A stretch of 64,000 nt of DNA, taken from IMG/VR virus record IMGVR_UViG_3300023073_000003, positions 4,944 to 68,943 of that record; one strand, given 5' to 3'. This DNA comes from a virus (lineage: Duplodnaviria; Caudoviricetes). The position numbers and the translations under genes are program-made. Below the pieces are notes generated by a model. That model saw only the letters and a list, made by a program, of their open reading frames with translations, ran no database searches and had not been told where the DNA came from. Numbering within the stretch: position 1 is the first letter of the stretch; every line of letters starts with the position of its first letter. This document shows positions 26,593-35,753 of this stretch, piece by piece.

Positions 26593-28059
26593 CTATTTTG
26601 TCCGGCTCGGCAGGGCATCGTAGCTCACGCCGTTGGACTTGCTCGGCACTACGGGGCCACCGCCACCGCCCGGCAGAGTGCCCCGGACCCTTTCAGCAAC
26701 AGCTGCCTTCAACGGATCAGGCGGCGTGGGCGCGTACTTGAGCCCCAGCACTTCGCGGTAGTACGGTGCGAGCTTGGGGTCTCGCAGTCCGTCGACGATC
26801 TTCTCGATCTCGATCTTCTTGCCCGCACCGCCGCCAGCACTGATGCCCGCAGCGCGTGCCGAACCGGCATTCGCGAGCGCCTGCTCCTTGAGGCGCCCCT
26901 CGATCTGCATCTTCGTGATTTCCTTGTCGCTGGCGATCTTAGCCGCAGCTTCCTCGCCGCGCTGCTGGATTGCCTGCAGATTGGCCGCGACCGTGATGTC
27001 CTTGTCCCACATATTCACCATCATATTGATCTTGTCAGTGGCCTCCTTGCGGGTGCTGCCCTCCACCTCCATCAGGCCCTTGATCGCGTCGCGCTTGGCG
27101 GCCTTGCGCTCCTTGGACGACGAAGAGATACCCGGCAGCGCGCTCTGGATCGCGGTGCCCAGCGCCATCAGGAACGGTCCCTGCGTGGTCGCCAGCGTGG
27201 TGCCGATCTGGCCCAGCGCCATCCACATATCCTGCTGACGCGACTTCTTCTGCGACGCCGGGCCGAGTTCGTCCTTCAGGGACTGCGCGTACGCATCCCG
27301 CGCCTCGTGCGGCTGATCACCATACAGCTGCTCGACCATCGGCTTGTACTTCATCAGCGCGTTCGCATCGAGCATCGACGTGACCGGGCTGGTGGGCGCG
27401 GCCGGGGGCGGCGCGCCGGCGCCAGCACCGGCTGGAAGCGCTGCGAGGCCCATCGGCACGGGCGGCGCGCCGCCCGTCATGCCTGCTGCCGTAGCCATCA
27501 CAGGGTTCGGCTGCTCCTCACCGTTGATACCACCACCACCTATGAACGACACCATGCCGCCGCCAGCGAAGCCGCCGTTGCCGGGCTCGTCGTACATGCT
27601 GTCGGGGATCGGCAGCGCGTCGATACCGCCACCCATCGCCATGCCCGGTGGAAGTCCGCCCGGGGGCGGTCCCATGGGCGGCGGCCCCATCGGGGGCGGC
27701 ATGCCCATGCCCGGCGGGGGACCGCCGGGAGGACCGCCGGGGGGAGGACCCATCATCCCCGGCGGGGGTCCGCCGGGGGGAGGCCCGCCCGCGCCCGGTG
27801 GCGGCCCGCCCGGAGGGGGGCCACCCGCGCCGGGAGGTGGTGCACCGGGCGGGGGGCCGGGAGGTGCGAACACCTGCTGCGCGATACTCGGCATGCCTTG
27901 CTGCTGCGGCGGGGCACGCATTTTGTCGATGAACATGCCCGCCATCACGGCAGCGGTCGGGTCGACAACGCCCAGCTGCGCCGCGTGCATGATCTTCTGC
28001 TTGTCGCCTCCGTACTCGGAGGCGATCTTCTCCGGGGCTTGGAGCATGTACGGCTTCAT
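26593..28059 (-). CDS. internal virion/ejection protein with Gly-Pro-rich segment
   Basis: position among ejection genes; GGPPPG repeats followed by coiled-coil. Confidence 0.7.
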   Translation of the reverse strand: MKPYMLQAPEKIASEYGGDKQKIMHAAQLGVVDPTAAVMAGMFIDKMRAPPQQQGMPSIAQQVFAPPGPPPGAPPPGAGGPPPGGPPPGAGGPPPGGPPPGMMGPPPGGPPGGPPPGMGMPPPMGPPPMGPPPGGLPPGMAMGGGIDALPIPDSMYDEPGNGGFAGGGMVSFIGGGGINGEEQPNPVMATAAGMTGGAPPVPMGLAALPAGAGAGAPPPAAPTSPVTSMLDANALMKYKPMVEQLYGDQPHEARDAYAQSLKDELGPASQKKSRQQDMWMALGQIGTTLATTQGPFLMALGTAIQSALPGISSSSKERKAAKRDAIKGLMEVEGSTRKEATDKINMMVNMWDKDITVAANLQAIQQRGEEAAAKIASDKEITKMQIEGRLKEQALANAGSARAAGISAGGGAGKKIEIEKIVDGLRDPKLAPYYREVLGLKYAPTPPDPLKAAVAERVRGTLPGGGGGPVVPSKSNGVSYDALPSRTK

Positions 28060-28062
28060 GGC

Positions 28063-30750
28063 TTAGCCCCCCTGCATCATCTTGTAGGCACTGAGCGCGC
28101 CGAGCCCGGTGCCGAGGATTTGTGAACCGATGGACGGGTTCTTCGACAGGCCCGTCTCCACCGTGTTGGGCGCCACCGGCACGCCGCGCAGCACGCTGCT
28201 GTACTGCTGCAGCATTTCCAGCGGGTAGCCCTGCTGGCGCAGGTAGTCCTGATACTGCTGATCGAGGTACTGCTGCTGCATCTGCTGGTCGAGCGTGGCC
28301 GTCTGCAGCTGCTTGTCGCGCAGCGTCTGGTCGGTCTGGAACTGGCCCTGCCCGAGGTTGGCGAGCGTCTGTGCCATGTTCCCGGCCTGATTGTAGCCGG
28401 CGAGCGCATTCGACGCGCCGAACTGGCGCGACTGCTCGTTCGACTGCTGTGCCGTCTGGTACGCACCCTGATTGGCGAGCGCGGCCTTCATCGCCTGATC
28501 GGCGTTGAGCCCCTGTGTCTGGAGCTTGGCGGCGAGGTTCTGCACCGTGGCCTGCTGGCGCGCGTCGAGGTTGGCGAGCGCCATCTTCGAGCCGGTGTCG
28601 ACCTTCAACTGCTGCGCCTGATTGGCCGACGCAAGGTTCTGAACCCCGGCCTGCTGCTGGTTGCCGAGATTGGCCAGCGCGATCTGCATCGCCTGATCCG
28701 CGCCAAGGCCCTGCGTCTGGAGCCGCGAGGCGAGGTTCTGGACGTTGGCCTGCTGCGCGTTCGACAGATTGGCCAGCGCCTGCTGCGAGCCGATGTTGGC
28801 ACCCAGCTGCTGCGTCTGGAGCATCGAGGCGAGGTTCTGCTGACCGGCCGTGTTCTGGGACGACTGGTTGGCCAGCGCGATCTGCATCGCCTGATCCGCG
28901 CCAAGGCCCTGCGTCTGAAGCTGGGACGCAAGGTTCTGGACGTTGGCCTGCTGCTCGCTCGACAGGTTCGCCAGCGCCTGCTGCGAGCCGATGTTGGCGC
29001 CCAGTTGCTGCGTCTGCAGCTGCGAGGCGAGGTTCTGCTGGCCAGCGGTGTTCTGGGACTGCTGGTTCGACATTGCCACCTGCAGCGCCTGATCGGCACT
29101 GAGGCCCTGCGTCTGGAGCTTGGCGGCGAGGTTCTGGACATTCGCCTGCTGCGCACTCGACAGGTTCGCCAGCGACTGCTGCGCGCCGATGTTGGCACCC
29201 AGCGACTGGATACCCAGCTGAGCCTGCTGATTGGCGAGGTTGGTCTGCTGCCGGTTGGCGGTGTTCGACAACGCAACCTGCATCGCCTGATCGGCGCTGA
29301 GACCCTGCGTCTGCAGCTGCGCGGCGAGGTTCTGCGTGTTCGCCTGCTGCTGGCTGTTGAGGTTCGCGAGCGCGGCCTGCTGGCCGGTCGTGGTGCGCAA
29401 CTGCTGGCTCGTCAGCAGGGACTGGAGGTTGGTCTTGCCGACGTCGGTCGTGGCCGAGCGGTCGCGCTCGAACTGCTGCTGCGCGTTCTCGTACGCAGAC
29501 TGCAGGCCCTTGGTCTGGATGTCGCTAAGGTTCTGGCCCAGCGCCTGCTCGCGGTTGAGCGTGGCCAGCAGCTGACGGCTGCCGCCATAGGTGCCCTGCC
29601 GCGCCGCGCCCATGTCGGTGTTCAGCTGCGTGAGCTTGGCATCCTTGGCCGTCTCGCGCTTGGCGATGTCGGTCACCGCCTGCTGGTACGGCGACATATA
29701 CTGGTCGGCCTGCGCCTTCCCGAACTGCGCCGGCCCCGCCATCGTCAGGTCCTTGACGACAGGGTTGCCGGTCTTCGGGTCCAGCTGCGCGGCCTGCATC
29801 TGGTAGTTCTGGAGGTCGGGCTTGTAGTTGGTCTGCGCCGCCTCGGCGTTGTATTGCTGCAGCTTCGGATCGAAGTTGGCCTGCGCCGCGTCCATCTGAA
29901 AATTCTGCAGGTCCGGGCGATAATTGTTCATCGCCGCGTTCATGGAATATTGCTGCAGGTTCGGGTCGTAGTTCGACTTCGCCGCACCCATGAGGTACTG
30001 CTGCAGCTGGGGGCTGTAATTCGCCTGCGCGCCCTGCATCTGATAATTCTGCAGGTTCGGGTCATAGTTGCCCTGTGCGGCCTGCATCTGCTGGTCGTAC
30101 AGCTGGGGCTGATACCCCGACTGCGCCGCCGTCATGCCAAACTGCTGGACGTTCGGGTCGTAACCCGACTGCGCCGCGCCGGTGCCCCGGTCGGCCGCGT
30201 TCGGATTGAACTGCTGCTGATACCCCTGCGAATAAGCACCCGCCTGCGACTGCTGCGCGCCGCCGGCCTGTTGCCCGCCTTTGCCGCCGGGACTGCCCTG
30301 CGACTGCTGGCCGCCACCACCGCCACCCTGCAACAGCTGCGTGTATGCGTCCGCCTGCTGCTGGCCGAAGCCGCCGCCCATCTGAGGTGCGCCACCCCCG
30401 CCGCCCATCTGCGGCGCCTGATATTGCTGCGGGTTGATCTGCTGATAATTGAACTGGCCCGGCTGGTACTGCGCGCTCTGCAGCGAGCCGATGCCAGCCG
30501 CCGTCGCGAGGTCCGTGCCCGTCTGATACTGGCTCGGCCCCTGCGCGTTCATCTGGTTGTTCATCGCCCACTGCTGCGCGGGCGTGAAATCGGCGATGCG
30601 CTGGCCGCCATAGGGCTGGTAGGTCGAGCCGAGGGTCATCCCCTGCGCGCTCGACATCATGCTGTTGAAGTAGGGCGCAGCATAGTCAGGGAGACTGGAC
30701 GTCTCCGTCTTGACGTACTGGGTAGTGGGTTTGCTGCTACCGCCGCCCAT
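28063..30750 (-). CDS. DNA transfer/pilot-like ejection protein, Gln-rich repeats
   Basis: MGGG..K.TTQ start, C-terminal amphipathic GTGLGALSAY; internal 16-aa and 66-aa repeats. Confidence 0.75.
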   Translation of the reverse strand: MGGGSSKPTTQYVKTETSSLPDYAAPYFNSMMSSAQGMTLGSTYQPYGGQRIADFTPAQQWAMNNQMNAQGPSQYQTGTDLATAAGIGSLQSAQYQPGQFNYQQINPQQYQAPQMGGGGGAPQMGGGFGQQQADAYTQLLQGGGGGGQQSQGSPGGKGGQQAGGAQQSQAGAYSQGYQQQFNPNAADRGTGAAQSGYDPNVQQFGMTAAQSGYQPQLYDQQMQAAQGNYDPNLQNYQMQGAQANYSPQLQQYLMGAAKSNYDPNLQQYSMNAAMNNYRPDLQNFQMDAAQANFDPKLQQYNAEAAQTNYKPDLQNYQMQAAQLDPKTGNPVVKDLTMAGPAQFGKAQADQYMSPYQQAVTDIAKRETAKDAKLTQLNTDMGAARQGTYGGSRQLLATLNREQALGQNLSDIQTKGLQSAYENAQQQFERDRSATTDVGKTNLQSLLTSQQLRTTTGQQAALANLNSQQQANTQNLAAQLQTQGLSADQAMQVALSNTANRQQTNLANQQAQLGIQSLGANIGAQQSLANLSSAQQANVQNLAAKLQTQGLSADQALQVAMSNQQSQNTAGQQNLASQLQTQQLGANIGSQQALANLSSEQQANVQNLASQLQTQGLGADQAMQIALANQSSQNTAGQQNLASMLQTQQLGANIGSQQALANLSNAQQANVQNLASRLQTQGLGADQAMQIALANLGNQQQAGVQNLASANQAQQLKVDTGSKMALANLDARQQATVQNLAAKLQTQGLNADQAMKAALANQGAYQTAQQSNEQSRQFGASNALAGYNQAGNMAQTLANLGQGQFQTDQTLRDKQLQTATLDQQMQQQYLDQQYQDYLRQQGYPLEMLQQYSSVLRGVPVAPNTVETGLSKNPSIGSQILGTGLGALSAYKMMQGG
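28470..29350 (-). repeat. about 4.5 x 198-nt (66-aa = 6 x 11-aa) coding tandem repeat
   Basis: units QQANVQNLAxxLQTQGLxADQA... counted at 66 aa each. Confidence 0.9.
29794..30177 (-). repeat. 8 x 48-nt (16-aa) coding tandem repeat, AAQxNYxPxLQxYxMx
   Basis: counted directly in the translation. Confidence 0.9.
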
Positions 30751-31210
30751 TGATCATCTCCAATTCGAGCTCCGGCGCGTCGACGTCCGGCGTCTCCAGC
30801 GGAATTTCAAAGGTGTGCCAGAGGAGCTTGTGGCCCTCGGTCTCGAAAATCTTGGACCAGCCGGGGCGGCCAACACTCTCGATGCGGTCGCAGTCGTGAT
30901 CCTTCGCCCACGCCCGCAGGGTGTTGAGCATCAGATGGCTCCACTCGCGCAGCCGTTCGCCGCCCGTGAACGTCACCGTCAGCACCTTGCAACGTGGGTA
31001 CTCAGTGAAGAAGGTCGTCGTGACCCCTACCACGTCCTGCCCCTCGAAAGCGATCCACAGCTGGTACATGCCGTCGACCACGTTCTCCAGCACGTCCTCC
31101 GTGGTGAAGCGGCCGCCCGAGTGCTCGACGGCGCGCGCGATATGCCCGCGCACCTTGGGCCAGACCTGTACGCCGTACTCGGCCGGAACGAGGGAAACCT
31201 GCATGCTCAC
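30737..31210 (-). CDS. GNAT-like acetyltransferase-fold virion-associated protein
   Basis: YQLWIAF...GVTTT...LREW...WAKDHDCDRIESVGRPGW; typical position before the pilot gene. Confidence 0.7.
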   Translation of the reverse strand: MSMQVSLVPAEYGVQVWPKVRGHIARAVEHSGGRFTTEDVLENVVDGMYQLWIAFEGQDVVGVTTTFFTEYPRCKVLTVTFTGGERLREWSHLMLNTLRAWAKDHDCDRIESVGRPGWSKIFETEGHKLLWHTFEIPLETPDVDAPELELEMINGRR

Positions 31211-33249
31211 AGCCGCACCTTCTCCCCGCTACGGGTGCGCATGCGCGCCGTCTGCGCCGCCTTCATCATGGCATCGAGCTTGGCCTTGCCGCCGAGCTTG
31301 GCGACCGCCTTGGGCGGGAAATAGACTTCGCCGTTGGCGACGCGCGCCTCGTGCTGGCCGTCGATCTTCGCCTTGATGCTGTCGCTGACACCGTCGCCCT
31401 TACCCTTGATCGGGCGGCCGCCCATCTTGCGCAGCACCTTCTGGCCAGCGTCGGTGCTGCCGTTGCCGTATGTAGCTACATCGAATGCCGGCAGGATGTG
31501 ACCACCGCTCTCAAGGCTGACGATACCGCCGCCCTTGGCGCCGCGCCGCGTCATGACGGGGAGACGCTGCGCGGGGATTGACTGCATACCGTTGGCGGTC
31601 GGCACGCGCGAGCCCGACACGAACTGGCCGGTGCCTGCGAGCGGGTTCGACGCGGCCGGGACGGCATAGGTCGTGTTGCCCACCGAGACGCGCTCGCTCG
31701 AATTGGGGTTGCTCGAAATGGTCTCGGGCGTCGGCGCCACACCGGGGATCGGCGTCGGCCCCACGACAGGCGCGGGATTGGCGACCGCTCCGTTGGCTGC
31801 CGTCAGACCCGTCCCGCCGCGCGCGGCGTCGATCAGGTTGCGGACAGTCTCGGGCGTGTACGCCGGAGCCGCCGGCGCGACAGGCTTGGGTGCCGCCGCC
31901 GGACCACGCTCGCTGCTATCGAAGGCCCCGCGCGAGATGACGTTCGGCGCAGCGCCCGACATGCTCATGGTCGGTGCGTTCACCACTGGTGCTGGCATCG
32001 CGCCGCCCTCGGCGAAATTCCACTTCGGGTCTTTCCAGACCGACGACTTGTTCTGGTAATCGGCGAGCGCCTTCTGGAGCGTCTCGTTCGTCCCCGCGCC
32101 GCCGGCCGGAATGACCCCCGGCTGCGGGTTGACGACGTCGAAATACTGCTTCTCGCGACTGTCGAGTGGCGCGCGCGAGATCACCGGCGGAGGAGCCAGT
32201 GCATTGCCTGCACCCCCAGCTGGCGGCGTCCCGCCGAGCGACGGCAGACCCCCGGTCTTACCGAACGTAAGATCGCCCCCTTTATAGTCCTTGTCGAAGA
32301 TCGAGGTGCGCGGCGCCTGCGTGTACGGACCTGCGTAATCCGACTTCTTGTCTCCCTCCGGCACCTTGTACTCACCCGGCTGCATCGCGCTGGAGACGCT
32401 CTGCAGCACACCGGCGCCCGCCAGCATCGGGGCCATGCCACCGATCTTGGACAGGATGCCTGTCTTGGGGATGCCCTCGCGCGCGGCGTTGGAGAACTGC
32501 TGGAGCCCCGTCTTGAAGGTGTTGGTGAGGCCGCCGGTGAGCCCGCCAGCGCCCTGCGCGGCTGCCTGCGTCGCAACTGGTGCGGCAGCAGAGGCGACCG
32601 TGGGTGCAGCTGCTGCACCCGCGCCGCCCGCCGCGCCAGCCATTTCGGCGACGCCTGCTGCGTGCGCCGCTGCTGCATCGACAGCACCCGTCGCCGCGCC
32701 CGCCGCGCCCTGTGCACCGAGCGAGGGCAAGCCCGCGCCCAGCGAGGAGCCCGCCGCACTCGCCCCAGCCGCCGCGCCCGCCGCGCCGGTCGCCGCAGGG
32801 AGCAGCGCGCCCGCGAGGCTCGCACCACCGAATGCCTGCAGGCCCGCCATGAGCCCCTTGCCGAGGTCGCCGGTGAGCGCCGTCTGGCCGGCGGCCACGA
32901 GGCCCGCCGACAAGAGCGGCCCGACGCCCGGGATGAAGTTGAGGCCGATACCGATCAGCGTAGGGAGCAAGTTGCCCAGCCAGCCCATCTCGGTCAGGCC
33001 GGTGTCCGGGTTGGTCGAGAGGTCCCCGCCAAAGCGCTGTGCGAGCCCGCGCAGGCTGTTCACCTCCTCCGAGGTCATATGGACCAGCTGGCTGTCCTGT
33101 CCACGCCCTAGGCCCTGCACCTGCGCCGCCTGAGGGGCAGCAGGGGGCATGTACGACGACGAGGTCGGCGCCTGTGGCTGGAAGTGCGCGCCGCCGGCCG
33201 GCGTGTACGGCATCTGGCCGGGGGTCGGGTTACCGACGAGTGCTTGCAT
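31207..33249 (-). CDS. internal virion protein
   Basis: LVHM...NPDTGLTE motif, hydrophobic Gly/Ala stretch, C-terminal GDGVSDSI...ARVANGE motif. Confidence 0.75.
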   Translation of the reverse strand: MQALVGNPTPGQMPYTPAGGAHFQPQAPTSSSYMPPAAPQAAQVQGLGRGQDSQLVHMTSEEVNSLRGLAQRFGGDLSTNPDTGLTEMGWLGNLLPTLIGIGLNFIPGVGPLLSAGLVAAGQTALTGDLGKGLMAGLQAFGGASLAGALLPAATGAAGAAAGASAAGSSLGAGLPSLGAQGAAGAATGAVDAAAAHAAGVAEMAGAAGGAGAAAAPTVASAAAPVATQAAAQGAGGLTGGLTNTFKTGLQQFSNAAREGIPKTGILSKIGGMAPMLAGAGVLQSVSSAMQPGEYKVPEGDKKSDYAGPYTQAPRTSIFDKDYKGGDLTFGKTGGLPSLGGTPPAGGAGNALAPPPVISRAPLDSREKQYFDVVNPQPGVIPAGGAGTNETLQKALADYQNKSSVWKDPKWNFAEGGAMPAPVVNAPTMSMSGAAPNVISRGAFDSSERGPAAAPKPVAPAAPAYTPETVRNLIDAARGGTGLTAANGAVANPAPVVGPTPIPGVAPTPETISSNPNSSERVSVGNTTYAVPAASNPLAGTGQFVSGSRVPTANGMQSIPAQRLPVMTRRGAKGGGIVSLESGGHILPAFDVATYGNGSTDAGQKVLRKMGGRPIKGKGDGVSDSIKAKIDGQHEARVANGEVYFPPKAVAKLGGKAKLDAMMKAAQTARMRTRSGEKVRL

Positions 33250-33260
33250 GTCCTAGGCCC

Positions 33261-33554
33261 TCATGCCGAAGTGACCGTTTCCCAAGTCGCCCCGTTGTAG
33301 AGGCACAGTTTCTTGAGCGTCTTGTCGTAGATGATGGTCCCCTCCCTTACACCGGTAAGGAGGAGTTTGTCTGCGGTCGTGTAGCCGGTCGTGACGTACG
33401 AAACGGCCGTGTATTTCTCGGCGTGGTTCGGCGTGTCCGACTCCAGCTGGGAGAAGTAAACTTCGAGCACGCGGATCATCTGACGCGCCCATGTCGCGTC
33501 CCAGATGGGGGGCGGGTTGGGCAGCGGCGCCGGCTGGAATTTGTCGAGTGCCAT
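33261..33554 (-). CDS. small virion-associated protein
   Basis: true start MALDKFQPAPLP at 33554 (TGATG coupling); GTIIYD...LYNGATW. Confidence 0.7.
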   Translation of the reverse strand: MALDKFQPAPLPNPPPIWDATWARQMIRVLEVYFSQLESDTPNHAEKYTAVSYVTTGYTTADKLLLTGVREGTIIYDKTLKKLCLYNGATWETVTSA

Positions 33555-35506
33555 CAGCGCTTCCCGTCCGCGCGCGCCTCGATGCGCGGCGAGCCCAAGG
33601 CCCACTGCACGCCGAGGTTCTCCGACTTGATCTGGAATGCCATCTGGCGCGCGCGGGCGCGCATGAACACCTGCTCGGTGTAGAGCCCGACGTCGCTGTC
33701 GAACACCACCGCCTGCGTGTCCGCCGGGTCGCTGAAGCGCGCGCTGCCGGGGAAGTTGCGCGAGTACATGGTGATGGTCACGACAGGATTGCCGTGGGTG
33801 TGCGGGTCGGGGATCACGTCCGCATTGACCAGCGAGTGCGAGAAGTCGACGTCGGGGATCAGCCGCTTGAGCAGCATGTAGTGCTCGCCGTCTTCGAGGT
33901 CGAAGTCGTTTGACCGGATGTACGAGACCATCGGCTCGCCATCGTCGTCGAGCCCGATCTCGTGCTGGTAGAGCATGCCGGCATTGGTGTCGGTCGGCGT
34001 GTTGCACGCCAGCGGGTCGGGGTGCAGCGCCGTGTCGAGCCACGCGGTGCGCGGCAGCATGCCGTAATACCAGACCTGATCGAGGTGGTTATAGACGACG
34101 TAGCTGTCGTTGTAGTCCGAGTTGGCGCTGGGGTAGAACCACCAGACCTCGTTCCACTCCTCGTTGGTGCCGCAGATGATCTGATCGGCTTGGTAGCGGT
34201 TGATGTTCTGGAAGACGTGCTTGCGCAGCGTGCACGGCAGGGTCTCGACCCGGCCGGTGTAGGCGTAGAACTTGTCCTTCCCCATCCAGAAAGTGACGTT
34301 GGACGCCGAGATGCAGGCGCGCGGGCTGATGATCGAGATGTTGTCCGAATACTCCTGCAGGCCGTACACATCGGTCGTGCCGAGGAACTGCAACGTGTAG
34401 AGCGTGGTGTCGGTCCACACGAGAATTTCCTGCCGGGTCGGCAGCGCACGCACGATGCGCGAGCCGCGCGACAGGCGGATGTCGCCGGCGGTGTTCGTCA
34501 CCTCTGGGAACCACTGGCCGGGCGTGTCCTGATCGCTCCAGCGGATCAGCAGCGGGTCGAAGTCGGCCGGGTCGGTGAAGCCGAACGGCACCGCGCCGAA
34601 CGCGATCAGGTGCTTGTCCTGCTGCGACACCAGCAGCTGCATGATCTTGATCGGCACGGCGGTGGGGTCGAAGCCCTGCGCGGCTGCATAGTCGACCAGC
34701 CGGATCGCCTTGGTCGCGAGCGCGACGTCGGGCACCGACAGGATGCCGCGCTCCCACCAATAGCCCTCGCCGTTGCGGATATTCATGACGAGGTCGTTGT
34801 CGAAATTGTCAAACCACCAGTCGCGCAGCGGCAGGTAGATCGGCGTGGTCGTGCCCGAGCCCCACGCGCCGCGACCCCATGTCCCTGTGCCCCAGCCATA
34901 GCCGGCCGTGGTGATGGCATAGCCCGGCGCGATCTCGAAGCTGACCGTGATGCCCGCGCCGCCGGCGGCCGCGACTGTCGCGGTCGCCGTGGTCAGCGAC
35001 TGTATCGAGAACTTGAAGTTGTCGATCTTGGTGATCTGGTGGTTGCCGTTGATCTCCGCAGACAGGATGCCGCCGATAGGGCCGACGACACCGGAAATCT
35101 GCACGTAGCTACCGGTCTCCGCCTCGTGCACTACCGCGCCAAAGTTGAAGACGACGGTCGTGGTGCCGATGGTGGTGCTGACCGAGTTGGTGGTGGTCGG
35201 CGCGATGAACGTCGGGTCGACCGTGCGCAGCGGCGTGATGTCGAACAGGTTGCCCGCGACCTCGATATAGACCTTCACATTGGTCCCGATGGCCGTGAGA
35301 TTATCCTGAAACGTGGTCACCCAGTTCCACATCTGCCGGCAGTAGCCGATGAACGACGCGCTCAGCGCGTGCTGCCACCCGCCGAGCTTCTCGGGGAAGC
35401 CGGAGCGGAAGCGGATTTTGTCGCACTCCCACCATCCGCCCTCGCCCGAGTAATCGGTGGTGTCGCGGTTCACGCCCGGCTTGAACTGGAGCTTGATGAA
35501 CGCCAC
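33554..35506 (-). CDS. tail tubular/nozzle protein (P22 gp10-like DNA stabilization protein)
   Basis: LQFKPGVNR...EGGW.ECDKIRFRSGFPEKLGGW start, beta-propeller-like W-rich repeats, R.R.RQ...ADGKR end. Confidence 0.8.
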   Translation of the reverse strand: MAFIKLQFKPGVNRDTTDYSGEGGWWECDKIRFRSGFPEKLGGWQHALSASFIGYCRQMWNWVTTFQDNLTAIGTNVKVYIEVAGNLFDITPLRTVDPTFIAPTTTNSVSTTIGTTTVVFNFGAVVHEAETGSYVQISGVVGPIGGILSAEINGNHQITKIDNFKFSIQSLTTATATVAAAGGAGITVSFEIAPGYAITTAGYGWGTGTWGRGAWGSGTTTPIYLPLRDWWFDNFDNDLVMNIRNGEGYWWERGILSVPDVALATKAIRLVDYAAAQGFDPTAVPIKIMQLLVSQQDKHLIAFGAVPFGFTDPADFDPLLIRWSDQDTPGQWFPEVTNTAGDIRLSRGSRIVRALPTRQEILVWTDTTLYTLQFLGTTDVYGLQEYSDNISIISPRACISASNVTFWMGKDKFYAYTGRVETLPCTLRKHVFQNINRYQADQIICGTNEEWNEVWWFYPSANSDYNDSYVVYNHLDQVWYYGMLPRTAWLDTALHPDPLACNTPTDTNAGMLYQHEIGLDDDGEPMVSYIRSNDFDLEDGEHYMLLKRLIPDVDFSHSLVNADVIPDPHTHGNPVVTITMYSRNFPGSARFSDPADTQAVVFDSDVGLYTEQVFMRARARQMAFQIKSENLGVQWALGSPRIEARADGKR

Positions 35507-35518
35507 GAGTGACCTCGC

Positions 35519-35743
35519 TTACGAGAAGACCCCGGTGTCGACGAACGTCGTCACGAACGCGAGCGCGCCCGCGCTGTCAGGCGCCGCCACCGTGTAGCCG
35601 GTCTGGAACACGGTCTGCCCGCTGACCGGGTCGACGAAGATGCGCTGGCCCTGCACATCGAAGCCAATAGCCAGCCCGGTGACCGTGACCGTGCGCCGCT
35701 CGATGTTGTCGGCGATGATCTGGTCAAATTCTTCCTGCGTCAT
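35519..35743 (-). CDS. small protein downstream of the tail fibre
   Basis: GGAG RBS before ATG 35743. Confidence 0.6.
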   Translation of the reverse strand: MTQEEFDQIIADNIERRTVTVTGLAIGFDVQGQRIFVDPVSGQTVFQTGYTVAAPDSAGALAFVTTFVDTGVFS

Positions 35744-35753
35744 GGAAATTCTC

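Noticed and set aside
29794-30177. 48-nt tandem repeats as a CRISPR array
   Set aside because: Repeats are degenerate at synonymous positions, in frame within a long ORF, and have no unique spacers or cas genes.
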